Shown in pieces: positions 1 to 9,644 of a stretch of 64,000 nucleotides of DNA. This stretch comes from Thermodesulfobacteriota bacterium (lineage in GTDB: Bacteria; Desulfobacterota; Desulfobacteria; Desulfobacterales; SURF-7), in assembly GCA_049320885.1 (NCBI GenBank), contig JBMORA010000001.1, positions 402,622 through 466,621 on the forward strand. The letters run 5' to 3'. The position numbers were made by a program, and so were the translations under genes. Within the stretch, counting starts at the first letter, position 1; each line of letters starts with the position of its first letter. The notes beneath the pieces were generated by a model. That model worked only from the letters and a program-made list of their open reading frames with translations. It was not told the DNA's origin and made no database searches.

Positions 1-32
1 AAGTGGATGAAACCGGGAATTCCCCGGCCGTG

Positions 33-656
33 ATGCTTCCGGAAGCTGTCCCCGGCTTGTATATCCGTGAGGCCATGGCGGAGACGAAACTGGCGGCCCC
101 CGTTTACCTGAAAATCGTCAACGGATTTTTCAACAACAACCGCGCCACGGCGGACAACATCCAGCAGGCTTTCCAAACCGGCGACAACGAACGCCTGTAT
201 TCATTGGCCCATACCCTGACAGGCAGCGCCGCGGGCATCGGTGCCCGCGATCTCGCTGCCGCAGCCAGGCAACTGGAGCACGCCGCCCGATCCGGACAAG
301 ACCCGGCTTCCATGAGCGAATTGATCGCAGCGGTTCGCGGGGAGCTGGAAACCGTCCTTGCCGCCATTCCGGCCATCCGGGAATATCCTACCGCCCCCGC
401 CGGAGGACCGACCCTTCCGCGGCCCGGCATTGCTTCTTCCCGGATGACGGCGCTGCTGTCCCAACTCTCAACCGCGCTGGGGCGCTCCGATCCCCAGGAA
501 ATCAACCGGTTGATGGCGGAGCTGTCATCTTGTCCGGAGAGCGGGAAGGTCGGCGCCTTGGAGCGCCTGGTCCAAAACTATGATTACGAGGAGGCAGTCC
601 GGCTTGTCGATGAATGGCTGCACGCCGTGAATCCGACCGCAACACCGGACGAATAA
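33..656 (+). CDS. HPt (histidine phosphotransfer) domain protein
   Basis: LAHTLTGSAAGIGA matches the HPt AHxLKGSA motif. ATG at 33 overlaps a frame-1 TGA (31-33); the frame is also open to the window edge, so the start is uncertain. Confidence 0.8.
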   Translation: MLPEAVPGLYIREAMAETKLAAPVYLKIVNGFFNNNRATADNIQQAFQTGDNERLYSLAHTLTGSAAGIGARDLAAAARQLEHAARSGQDPASMSELIAAVRGELETVLAAIPAIREYPTAPAGGPTLPRPGIASSRMTALLSQLSTALGRSDPQEINRLMAELSSCPESGKVGALERLVQNYDYEEAVRLVDEWLHAVNPTATPDE

Positions 657-666
657 GGAGTTAGCG

Positions 667-1728
667 TTGGCAAATCAGAAACCGCTGGTGCTTATCGTCG
701 ATGACAATCCCACCAACCTGGATCTGCTGGTCAACACCCTGAACCGGGATTACCGTCTGGGAGTGGCCAAAAACGGCGTCAAGGCCCTGGATTACGCCCG
801 AAGGGAAAAACCGGATATCATCCTGTTGGATATCATGATGCCGGAAATGAACGGATTCGAAGTCTGCGCCCGGTTGAAAGCCGATGCCGGCACCAGCCAT
901 ATCCCGGTGATCTTCATCACGGCCCTGGATGACGCGACCCGCAAATCCAAAGGGTTCGAAATCGGCGCGGTGGATTATATCACCAAGCCTTTCCTGACGG
1001 AGGAAGTCCAGGCCCGGGTCCGGACCCACCTGGCCTTGAAGGCCATGCACGAGGAACTGGCCGCTCAAAATATCGACCTGGAAAAAAAGGTGGCGGACAA
1101 AACCGCCGAAATCCAGGCCATGCTCGCCGCCACCATAACCGTGATCTCGCTGATGGCGGAAACCAGGGATCCCTACACCGCCGGCCACCAGCAGCGGGTC
1201 GCCGTCCTGGCGACCGCCATCGCGAAACGCATGGGCCTTTCCGCCGAAATCGTCCGCACCACCGAGCTGGCGGGTATCCTCCATGATATCGGCAAAATCC
1301 GCATCCCCACGGCCCTGATCAACCGGCCCGGCGAGTTGCTGAAAACCGAACGCGAACTCATCAAAATCCATCCCCGGGTGGGTTACGATCTGCTAAAGAC
1401 CATTCCGTTCCAACTCCCGGTGGCCGACGTGGTCCTCCAGCATCATGAGCACCTGGACGGCTCCGGCTATCCCGCCGGTCTCGCGGGAGATCAAATCCGG
1501 TTGGAATCCCGGATCATCACCGTGGCCGATGTCACCGAAGCCCAGAGTTCCTACCGGCCATACCGCCCGGCCCTCGGGCTGGAAGTGGCATTGGCCGAAC
1601 TCTCCGAGAACAGCGGGAAGTATTATGATCCCGAGGTTGTCAGGGCCTGCCTGGCCCTTTTCCGGGAAGACGGGTTCCGCTTGCTGGATTTGGAAAAAGC
1701 GGTCTCCGCCCCGGCCCGTTTTCCGTGA
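667..1728 (+). CDS. Response regulator with HD-GYP c-di-GMP phosphodiesterase domain (RpfG-like)
   Basis: REC motifs LIVDD, LLDIMMP, YITKP; HD-GYP motifs HDIGK and HHEHLDGSGYP; AAGGAG RBS before the TTG start. Confidence 0.93.
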   Translation: MANQKPLVLIVDDNPTNLDLLVNTLNRDYRLGVAKNGVKALDYARREKPDIILLDIMMPEMNGFEVCARLKADAGTSHIPVIFITALDDATRKSKGFEIGAVDYITKPFLTEEVQARVRTHLALKAMHEELAAQNIDLEKKVADKTAEIQAMLAATITVISLMAETRDPYTAGHQQRVAVLATAIAKRMGLSAEIVRTTELAGILHDIGKIRIPTALINRPGELLKTERELIKIHPRVGYDLLKTIPFQLPVADVVLQHHEHLDGSGYPAGLAGDQIRLESRIITVADVTEAQSSYRPYRPALGLEVALAELSENSGKYYDPEVVRACLALFREDGFRLLDLEKAVSAPARFP

Positions 1729-3283
1729 TGCCGGAAGGTGTTTCTTTGTCGGAAACAGCCGCAATGAAAAATGGATTCTGCCTGGCCAACCGGACAGCGC
1801 AAGCCGGCTCCTGGAAAACCGCATCCCCGGAACGCGGATCGAAAAGCAGGGGCAGCAATCTGCCCCGGGGTTGATCGGTCCGGATCAACAGGTCGCCGGT
1901 TTTCAACTCAATGGCGGTTGTTTCTTCCGTTGTGTCGATCGTCAACCGGAGCCTGGATTTGCCGGCCGGCGGCGGGAACATGTTGATCCGCGTCACCGCC
2001 ATCCGGGTTCCGGGCCGGCTTTCCGGCTGCACGATGACATCATAGCGGATGCCGTGGAGGTCCAACAAACCGCCGATCCAGTCATGTTCGGCCGTGACGG
2101 CATAGGCAGCCGGCAGGAAGATCGGTTTTTCCGTGACAACGGCGCCGTGATAGGGAAACGTCACTGTCTCCAGTTCATTGGTATCCCTTCTGCGCAATGG
2201 GATGTCGATGCCGGGGATGGTGGGATGGGCGGCGTAATGGGAATTCAGATACAATTTCCGCTCCGGCACGGTATCCGGGGCATCCGCCCCGTGGCGGGCG
2301 GTGAAACCGGCGATTTTCTCCCGGTGGAGCCGGATCCGGTCCAGGAAACTCGCAACGCACAGGTATTGTTTCTCCACCCGCCCCTTGATGTTGCGCGGTG
2401 TCGGGTAAGCGCCGGGGGGATCGAGGCGGTTTTCCAGCAGCCAGGAGAAAATCCCCCGGAATCCGGCATAATTCCGCAGATTGCGCAGGGACAGGCCGCC
2501 GTGCTGGATGGGCTGGTGAATATCCGTGATTTCGCCGATGTAGCGGTTGGCGGCCAGCCCTTTCCCCTGGATATCCGCTATCAGTTCCGGCAGAAAGACA
2601 TCCACACTGTAACCGCGCATATCGCCGTCGATCATGGCGTGATTGGCGCATTCGAACTGGGCCTCGAAATCCGTCAGATATCCCTGGCGGCCGAGGGATT
2701 TTTTCTTGAGAATCGCCGATTCGTGAATATCCAGCAGGATATCCGGCTGGAAGCGGTTGAGGAGTCCGACCACGGCCCTGGTCTCGGGCTGGGAGATCAG
2801 GGCAAAATCCGTGCTGAGATTGATTCCATTGGCATTGACGCGCATCTTCCGGTCAAACCCGTCGGGATTGGACACCGGCACGAGGATGAAGTTGAACTGT
2901 TCCAGATGGCGGGTCAGCTCGCCCTGCACCAGCTCCCGGGCGACGATCTGCAGGACTTCGGCTCCGGACGGTTCCGATCCGTGCTGGGAACCGAGGAGCA
3001 TGACGGTGAGCCTGGTGTTCGCATCCCGCGTTTTTCCGGAACGGGGGGGCGTCTTCCCCGCCCAGAGGCCGACAATCGGGCGCTGGCCGGCCGAGCGGCC
3101 GGCCCAGACGAGTTCAGCCTTGTCGGAACTGCCGGCCAATCGGGTCAGAAAATCGATAATCGCCTCGTTTTTCGAAAGTTCCTGATACTGGCCGGCCTCC
3201 AGGGCGGTCTGCAGCGGTTCGGCGGCCCGGGCCGCGGGAATAAACGACAGAAGAAACCCGATGGTAAGGCAAAACAATTTCAT
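1640..3283 (-). CDS. Secreted M14-family zinc carboxypeptidase-like protein
   Basis: Signal peptide MKLFCLTIGFLLSFIPAARA; motifs QHGSEPSG, NPDG, RVNANGINL, LDIHE; AAGGAG RBS before ATG 3283. Confidence 0.85.
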   Translation of the reverse strand: MKLFCLTIGFLLSFIPAARAAEPLQTALEAGQYQELSKNEAIIDFLTRLAGSSDKAELVWAGRSAGQRPIVGLWAGKTPPRSGKTRDANTRLTVMLLGSQHGSEPSGAEVLQIVARELVQGELTRHLEQFNFILVPVSNPDGFDRKMRVNANGINLSTDFALISQPETRAVVGLLNRFQPDILLDIHESAILKKKSLGRQGYLTDFEAQFECANHAMIDGDMRGYSVDVFLPELIADIQGKGLAANRYIGEITDIHQPIQHGGLSLRNLRNYAGFRGIFSWLLENRLDPPGAYPTPRNIKGRVEKQYLCVASFLDRIRLHREKIAGFTARHGADAPDTVPERKLYLNSHYAAHPTIPGIDIPLRRRDTNELETVTFPYHGAVVTEKPIFLPAAYAVTAEHDWIGGLLDLHGIRYDVIVQPESRPGTRMAVTRINMFPPPAGKSRLRLTIDTTEETTAIELKTGDLLIRTDQPRGRLLPLLFDPRSGDAVFQEPACAVRLARQNPFFIAAVSDKETPSGITENGPGRRPLFPNPASGTRLPGKGPGRP

Positions 3284-3316
3284 GGCTGGCGCTCCTTGGT
3301 TGCTGAAAATGGCCGC

Positions 3317-3346
3317 ACTATATCCGCTGCCCGGCTTTCTTGTCAA
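3317..3346 (-). promoter_or_regulatory. Putative sigma70 promoter for the M14 peptidase
   Basis: TTGACA-N18-TATAGT on the - strand. Confidence 0.45.
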
Positions 3347-3359
3347 CACAACAGGGACC

Positions 3360-3389
3360 TTGACAGGGAAGTACAAATAACAGTATAAA
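3360..3389 (+). promoter_or_regulatory. Putative sigma70 promoter for the cytidylate kinase-like gene
   Basis: TTGACA-N18-TATAAA. Confidence 0.5.
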
Positions 3390-3438
3390 ATTATTGATAC
3401 ATCACGAAAACAGAACGCCTATTCTGCAAGGAGGCTGC

Positions 3439-4212
3439 ATGGCCGACGGAAAAAGCCGACATCGGGATACGGATTTAGACAGATATTGGAAGAGCAAGGT
3501 CCGGGTCAACAAATTGGCCGAGGAATATGCCGGCCGCTTCCATCTGGACCAGTTGCGCGAAAAAACGAAACACCTCAATCCGGATATTTTCCCGACCATT
3601 TGTTTTTCCAGAAAAATCGGGGTCGGCGCCCTGGAGCTGGCGGAAGTGACGGCGGAAAAGCTGGGATACCGGGTGGTGGACCGGCAAATCATCGAACATC
3701 TGTCCCGGGCCACGGAACTGAATCCGGCAAGCATCACCAGTTTTGATGAACGCTATCCCGGAAAACTCCGGGAACTGCTGGGACGCATTTTAGGAGACCG
3801 CGCCTTTGATCTGAATGAATACACCCGCCATCTGTTCATTACGGCCTTCTTTTTCGCCCACATGGAAAAAACCGTTTTTGTCGGCCGCGGTCTTCATTTA
3901 ATGCTGCCCCGCCAAAGGGTGTTTGCGGTCCGCTGCATCGGCTCCCTTGATCACCGCATTGCCAACCTCGCCCAAACCCTGGAGGTCAGCGAAAGAAAAG
4001 CCCGCATGACCCTCGCCCAGGCGGACATGGAACAGAAAGAGTTCTTTCAAAAGGTTCACGGCAAAACCGGCGCCCCGCCCCAGGAATTCGACCTGATTCT
4101 GAACATGGATTTTGTCCAGGACAACAAGGCCGCGGCGGACGCCATCATCCGGTTGTTCAAAAGCCGATTCGAACCAGCCCGGCCCGCCAAAAAACAATGC
4201 CGGACGAAATAA
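3439..4212 (+). CDS. Cytidylate kinase-like family protein
   Basis: TICFSRKIGVGA...LAEVTAEKLGYRVVD, VFVGRG and FDLILN fit this family; GGAGG RBS before ATG 3439. Confidence 0.8.
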   Translation: MADGKSRHRDTDLDRYWKSKVRVNKLAEEYAGRFHLDQLREKTKHLNPDIFPTICFSRKIGVGALELAEVTAEKLGYRVVDRQIIEHLSRATELNPASITSFDERYPGKLRELLGRILGDRAFDLNEYTRHLFITAFFFAHMEKTVFVGRGLHLMLPRQRVFAVRCIGSLDHRIANLAQTLEVSERKARMTLAQADMEQKEFFQKVHGKTGAPPQEFDLILNMDFVQDNKAAADAIIRLFKSRFEPARPAKKQCRTK

Positions 4213-4292
4213 GCCCGCCAACGCAGCAGGGACAATTCTCGAATATGACTGCACCGCCGGGGAACACCTTCCGGGGGGCGACCCCGGATCGG

Positions 4293-6776
4293 TCATTTCG
4301 GAACATGCGCCGTCTCCCGGAAAATAGCGGCCGCTCCGGATAGGGCTTTTGCATCGATACTCCGCAGATGCAGGTCTCGCTGGGGAAAGGGGATTTCGAT
4401 CCCCGCTTCCCGGAAGCGGCGCTCGATATCCAGGTTCAAGGCGCTGATCACCTTCGGGCCTTTATCCACATCGTCGATCCAGATCCGCAGCTGGAAATCC
4501 AGGGAGCTTTCCCCGAAGGCCATGAACAGCACCTGGGTTTCCGGCTCCTTCAGGACATCGGCGTTTTCGGCCGCACAGGTATGTAATATCTCCATGACCC
4601 GCGGGACATCGGAACCGTAGGCGACACCGATGGATATGCTGATCCGCCGGGTGCGGTCCGCCAAAGTCCAGTTGGTGACCTTGTTCGAGATCAGATCGCT
4701 GTTGGGCACCACGATTTCCGCGCGGTCATAGGTCTCCACGATGGTGGCCCGCAGGCCCACCTTTTTGATCCTGGCGGCCTGGTCATCGATCTGGATCATG
4801 TCCCCCACCTTGATGGGGCGCTCGAACAGCAGAATCAAGCCGGACACGAAATTGTTGACGATGGCCTGGAGGCCGAAACCGATACCGATACTGAGGGCGC
4901 CGCCGATGATGGTGACATTCTGCAGGCTGAACCCGAGGGCCTTCAGGGTCATCAGGAAGCCCGCGGATACGAATGCATAATGGACCAGACGGGCGATGGA
5001 TATCCGCACCCCGTATTCCACCTGGCGCCGGGGAAAGAATTCTTCCTTCAATATCGTCTGGACCATCCTGGATGCCAGAATGGATCCATAGAAAATAATC
5101 GCCGCGCCGACCGCCACGCCGACGGTCAGGCGCCATTCGCCGATGGTAAACCCCAGATCGAGAAAATCCTCCAGAATGTCTTCCGGATGCAATGCCGGTT
5201 TCCAGGTAACCAGCATGAGGGAAAGAAAGAGAACACCGAACAGCAGGTTGACCGCCGCCGCCATTTTGGAGATGACGACATGGGTACGGACACGGATCAT
5301 GTGGATGCGCTGCAGGTGAGCGCTTCGAACGGCAAAGGAGAGCAGGCCACAGGCAACCCGGGAAAACATCCATGCGGCCAGCGCCAGAAAGACGGTTTTC
5401 AAGGCCGCATCCATGATATGCTGGGAAAGGCGCCCGTATCCCAACACCTCGGTGATCAAAACGGCCGCGAAAACCACCGCACCCAGGCGTAACACGACGG
5501 TAAAACCCGCCGGCTTGCCCTGTCGGGAGCGCGCGATGGACCGCCATACGCACAACACCAATCCGATGCCGGACATGCCGAAAAGAAACAGTCCCAGCAG
5601 CGGAACCGGCAAGTTGAAAATCCGAAACATCTGCAAGACGGAAAGGAGTACCGCCATACCATAGAGCAGCCATTTTCTCCATAAACTGTCCAGAAACGGC
5701 CGGGCGGTTCTGGCGGCGGCGATCGATCCCATGATCCAGATAACCGCCCACCACTCCTGGGGAGCCATTTTATACCAGTGGGACAGAGCGAACAGGCTGA
5801 TGAAAATGCCGGAAGCCATGGGACGATTGGCCAAAAACCGCAATTCATCCCAAGCCGTGAGGTCTTGCCGATAGCGGTAGATGGCGACGGGGATGACAAT
5901 GGCGATCAGCAGCTGCAGCAGCAGCAGCCAGGCGTTGCCCGCCAGGAACGACCGGGGAGGCGATTTGACGGCGGCGATTCCCCCGGCCAGGCTTTTTGCC
6001 AGATCAACATCAAACTGTTTGAGAAAGGCCAGGGTATACATGGGCGGACCGGACGACGCCAGGATATCCCGCCGGTGCCGGTCCAGCAGGAGATTGATCT
6101 CTTCCGTCAACGGGAGAATCTTGCCCTGAATTTCCGAGGCCTTTTCCTCGACCTCAACGAGGTTTTTCAGCTTTGCGGAAATGAGCGCCAGGGACTTTTT
6201 CACCGTCTGCTGTCCGCGCTTCAGAACCGATTTGACGTCCTGCAGGGAGGCGTCCTTGTTCAACAAGGACTTCCAATCCTCCAGCCGTTTCATTTCCTCA
6301 CGCCAGGATTTTTCAAGGACTTCCAGGTTCGTGAGGGCTTCGCCTACGCCTCCCGTGATTTTTTTCAGTTCGGTCCTGCTTTTGCGGAGTTCGGTCTTGA
6401 TTTCATTGATCTGATCCATATTGAACCCGCCGGTGGTGCTATACTGCTTGAATCGCAGGCCGATTTCCCTTACGGAGCCGCCCAGTTCCTCCAGCTGCCT
6501 TTTCGTCATCGCCTCATCGAACAGTGCCGCCAGCTTCGGCTCCAGATCATTGGCGCGTTCGGCCAGATCCGCTGTTTTGGAAACCAGATCGCTGATTCCG
6601 GTCAGGGCGGGCTGCTGCTCCGCCTCTTTCGAGGGCGCCGGAGCCTCCCCTTCCGCAGACTGGGCCCAAACGGCGCCGGGTGGCAGACTGGAAATGCACC
6701 ACAGGCACATCAGGTAAACAACCACATGAATTCCGGCTGAAATCACTGCAACCGGTTTTGAAAGGGACCTGTTCAT
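4293..6776 (-). CDS. Large MscS-family mechanosensitive channel (MscK-like, with N-terminal periplasmic coiled coil)
   Basis: GIGFGLQAIVNNFVSGLILLFERPIKVGD, VPNS, NWT, GVAYGSD, IEIPFPQRDLH; many TM segments. Confidence 0.93.
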   Translation of the reverse strand: MNRSLSKPVAVISAGIHVVVYLMCLWCISSLPPGAVWAQSAEGEAPAPSKEAEQQPALTGISDLVSKTADLAERANDLEPKLAALFDEAMTKRQLEELGGSVREIGLRFKQYSTTGGFNMDQINEIKTELRKSRTELKKITGGVGEALTNLEVLEKSWREEMKRLEDWKSLLNKDASLQDVKSVLKRGQQTVKKSLALISAKLKNLVEVEEKASEIQGKILPLTEEINLLLDRHRRDILASSGPPMYTLAFLKQFDVDLAKSLAGGIAAVKSPPRSFLAGNAWLLLLQLLIAIVIPVAIYRYRQDLTAWDELRFLANRPMASGIFISLFALSHWYKMAPQEWWAVIWIMGSIAAARTARPFLDSLWRKWLLYGMAVLLSVLQMFRIFNLPVPLLGLFLFGMSGIGLVLCVWRSIARSRQGKPAGFTVVLRLGAVVFAAVLITEVLGYGRLSQHIMDAALKTVFLALAAWMFSRVACGLLSFAVRSAHLQRIHMIRVRTHVVISKMAAAVNLLFGVLFLSLMLVTWKPALHPEDILEDFLDLGFTIGEWRLTVGVAVGAAIIFYGSILASRMVQTILKEEFFPRRQVEYGVRISIARLVHYAFVSAGFLMTLKALGFSLQNVTIIGGALSIGIGFGLQAIVNNFVSGLILLFERPIKVGDMIQIDDQAARIKKVGLRATIVETYDRAEIVVPNSDLISNKVTNWTLADRTRRISISIGVAYGSDVPRVMEILHTCAAENADVLKEPETQVLFMAFGESSLDFQLRIWIDDVDKGPKVISALNLDIERRFREAGIEIPFPQRDLHLRSIDAKALSGAAAIFRETAHVPK

Positions 6777-7210
6777 CGGAGGTAATCCGAATACATGTTA
6801 TGGTGACTCAAGGCCGCGGCAAATTCTTCCGCCCGGATAGTGCAGAAACGGCATTCCACCTCGCCGCTGCAGCCGTTGTCGAAATCCGCGCCCTCGAATG
6901 TCAGGGACAGCACGTCTTTATTGCTATGGCCGACACGAATCCGGCCGAGTCGCTCGTCGTCCAGGGGCAGATGGATAAAGGCCCTGGATTTGGCAAAAGC
7001 CATAAATCGCTTGCCGGTCAGAATCAACGACCCCGTGAACCAGTCGACCTTGTGGTAGTACCTTCGCCCACAAGCCTTGAATGTCTTGAATTTGATCGAA
7101 CTATGGATGCCTTCGTCGATCAGTGCGATGCCCTCCTGCATCAGGGGGCGCTTTTTATCGACGGGGATTTTCCCGATTCGGAAGAAACGATAGAGAATGC
7201 TTTTCGCCAT
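6773..7210 (-). CDS. Hypothetical protein
   Basis: 145-aa ORF with GGAG RBS; its stop overlaps the mscS-like start by 4 nt. Confidence 0.65.
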   Translation of the reverse strand: MAKSILYRFFRIGKIPVDKKRPLMQEGIALIDEGIHSSIKFKTFKACGRRYYHKVDWFTGSLILTGKRFMAFAKSRAFIHLPLDDERLGRIRVGHSNKDVLSLTFEGADFDNGCSGEVECRFCTIRAEEFAAALSHHNMYSDYLR

Positions 7211-7366
7211 GAAACTGTTTGTCTCCGTTGATGTTTCCCTCTTTTTGGATACACGGCTCCGTAAAATTCGATCAATAGTTTATGGCAGTTGGCTTGTCAA
7301 GAACGAAAGCCCGAAACTGGTTTCCATCATTTTCCGCTTGCAGATTCTTATCGATCATATAAGTTA

Positions 7367-7422
7367 TGATGTCGTCGTAAAAAAGTCCTCCTTCCGGTTC
7401 TCCCTCGGAAGCCGGAGTCCAG
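7367..7422. repeat. Degenerate half of a palindromic REP/MITE-like element
   Basis: TGATGTCGTCGTAAAAAAGTC...CCGGAGTCCAG resembles the reverse complement of 45821-45884. Confidence 0.4.
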
Positions 7423-7452
7423 AACCATTACAATCAACCGGATAAGGTAACA

Positions 7453-9621
7453 ATGCAAAAAATATGGCGATTCGATTTTCAAAACCGCTGGTGCGCCGGG
7501 CTGCTCATGGTGATTCTGATCGTCGCGCTGGGATTCAGGTTTGCCGAACCCATTACGGACGGTGATCTGTTCTGGCAGATCGAATACGGACGCCAGTTGG
7601 TTGAAAACCGCACCCTGGTGCCCGACCATACATTGTATTCCTGGACCCCTTCCAGCAACGAAACCATTTATTGCGCCTGGATCTCGCAATTGTTTTTATA
7701 CTTCCTGGATCTCGCGGGAGGGCTGAAGTTGTTTTTCGTCCTGCGGTATCTATGCGTTCTGGCTTTTGTTCTGGCGGTGTGGTGGTTCGGCCATCGCCTG
7801 GGCATAGGGAAACACCCCCTTACGTTTGCCGTGATGCTGGCTGGAATATTGGCCGCCTATCTGGGCACCTATATCAAACCGGAACTATTTTCCCTGATTT
7901 TTTTCCTGGCGGCGGCCCTGGTCTATTTCGGCGTGAAAGCCTCCCTGTGGCCCGGAATCGGCTCCCGCCTGTTCTATGTCTATCCGATTCTGTTTCTTCT
8001 ATGGGTCAACAGCCACGGTGTGTTCATCTTCGGTCTCGCCCTTCTGGCCGTCCTGGTCCTGGCGGAAGGGGTGAATCGGAAACTGTCCCCAAAAATCGCC
8101 ATGGCCCGGAGGGATTACCATCGTTTCGCCGGTGCCGCGATTCTGAGCGCTGGCACCATTCTGCTGACGCCATATGGGTTCAGAATGCCCGGCCAGTTGC
8201 TGCCGATTCTGCTGTCCGGGGAGCAGGGAGATCAGAACCTGATGACGGTGGGGGCCCATCTTTCGACTTTTGCGGGCTCGTCCAGACTTCATACCTTTGA
8301 ATTCTTCATCCTGTTCGTCGCTCTGCTGGGCGGGATGTACTTGTATCACGGATTCCGACGGAAACAATGGGATTGGGGGATTTTGATTCCCAACCTTTTT
8401 CTGGCATACCTCTACACCCGGTTTCTGCGGACGACCTATTACTGGGCGCCCTTCTGGTGCTTCAGCATTCTGTACCTGCGACATCGTCTTTCAGCCGACG
8501 GAACGGCACACCGAACCCCCATGACGTTCATCATCCGGTTCCTGGCGGTTCTGTATGTCATTTTTCTTGCGGCGCGGGCGGTATACGATGTGCGCTACGA
8601 CAATTTCCCCACGCGCTGGGCCGGATTCGGCATTTCCTACTATAACCCCGTGGACGCCAGTGACTTTCTGAAACAATATCATCCCGGAGAAAGGCTTTAC
8701 AACAGTTATACGGCGGGAGGATATCTGCTCTACGATCTCTACCCGCTTTACAAGGTATTCTGCGATCCAAGATACTTTCCTTATAAGGACTGGTATCCGG
8801 AATACTATCGCTTCAACAACGGCCCCACCCCCATTGAGGAATTTCAAAAAAAATATCCATTCGATGTGGCGCTCATCGATTATCATACATCCACTGCGCT
8901 GATTTTGAAATTCCTGCAATCCAGGGCTTGGAAACCGATTTTTTACGGGCCTTTCGCCATGGTGTTCGCCCAGAAGGCTCTTCCCTTTCCGTCGGATTTG
9001 ACACAATTGGATCCGGCCCGGTTCGATGACCAGCTCCATAGCCTGACCCAGGCCCATCTGGTGTTCGCCGTGGCGGTTGAACTGGGTGATCTGGAAACCT
9101 CCGGTCGTGTTCTAAACGTCATCCGGAGAGAATTCAGGGGATATCCACGCTATGAACGGACACTGAGAGAATGCTCCCTGGCGCAGCAAGGGCTTACCGC
9201 CTTTAAAAACAAAGAGTATGAAAAAGCCTTCGCCGCGTTATACGATCTGGGATACCGGGATAACGCGCCCAGAACCAATTTCGCGCTGTTGTATCTCACC
9301 AATTACAAGGTCAAACAGCTAGTCGGAAAGAACGACCTCGAAGCAGCCCTCAAATTGATGGAGGCCATGCTGCGCCATCAGCCCGATTATGAGGACTTTT
9401 TGTTTAACGCAGGCGTTATCGGTTATCTGGTGGAAAAACACGCTCCCGCCAATCCGAATGCAGGCCTCATGCCCCAGATGGAACTGCTTTCCAGCAAGAC
9501 CGATTGGCAGCGACATTTCATGCGGCTGCTGAAACTGAACCCGAACCACCGGTATGCGGATCTGATCCGGCGGGTGCTGAACGGAGAAGATCTCCCGAAA
9601 CAGACCCCGTTGATCCTGTAA
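7453..9621 (+). CDS. Polytopic membrane protein, putative GT-C-fold glycosyltransferase with C-terminal helical/TPR-like region
   Basis: Many TM helices; acidic loop after TM1 (DGDLFWQIEYG); LWVNSHG; periplasmic YNSYTAGGYL...VFCDPR; first gene of a sugar operon. Confidence 0.6.
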   Translation: MQKIWRFDFQNRWCAGLLMVILIVALGFRFAEPITDGDLFWQIEYGRQLVENRTLVPDHTLYSWTPSSNETIYCAWISQLFLYFLDLAGGLKLFFVLRYLCVLAFVLAVWWFGHRLGIGKHPLTFAVMLAGILAAYLGTYIKPELFSLIFFLAAALVYFGVKASLWPGIGSRLFYVYPILFLLWVNSHGVFIFGLALLAVLVLAEGVNRKLSPKIAMARRDYHRFAGAAILSAGTILLTPYGFRMPGQLLPILLSGEQGDQNLMTVGAHLSTFAGSSRLHTFEFFILFVALLGGMYLYHGFRRKQWDWGILIPNLFLAYLYTRFLRTTYYWAPFWCFSILYLRHRLSADGTAHRTPMTFIIRFLAVLYVIFLAARAVYDVRYDNFPTRWAGFGISYYNPVDASDFLKQYHPGERLYNSYTAGGYLLYDLYPLYKVFCDPRYFPYKDWYPEYYRFNNGPTPIEEFQKKYPFDVALIDYHTSTALILKFLQSRAWKPIFYGPFAMVFAQKALPFPSDLTQLDPARFDDQLHSLTQAHLVFAVAVELGDLETSGRVLNVIRREFRGYPRYERTLRECSLAQQGLTAFKNKEYEKAFAALYDLGYRDNAPRTNFALLYLTNYKVKQLVGKNDLEAALKLMEAMLRHQPDYEDFLFNAGVIGYLVEKHAPANPNAGLMPQMELLSSKTDWQRHFMRLLKLNPNHRYADLIRRVLNGEDLPKQTPLIL

Positions 9622-9644
9622 GCCGTCTCCGGGAGAAAGCATGA

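Noticed and set aside
1445..3388. Long antisense ORFs (also 24902-26587, 26792-28579, 42292-44271, 45678-47612, 51884-54274)
   Set aside because: Shadow ORFs opposite well-supported genes, common in GC-rich DNA; no recognisable motifs.
7282..7297. TGGCAGTTGGCTTGTC as a sigma54 promoter for the glycan operon
   Set aside because: The -12 element is GT rather than GC; too weak to call.
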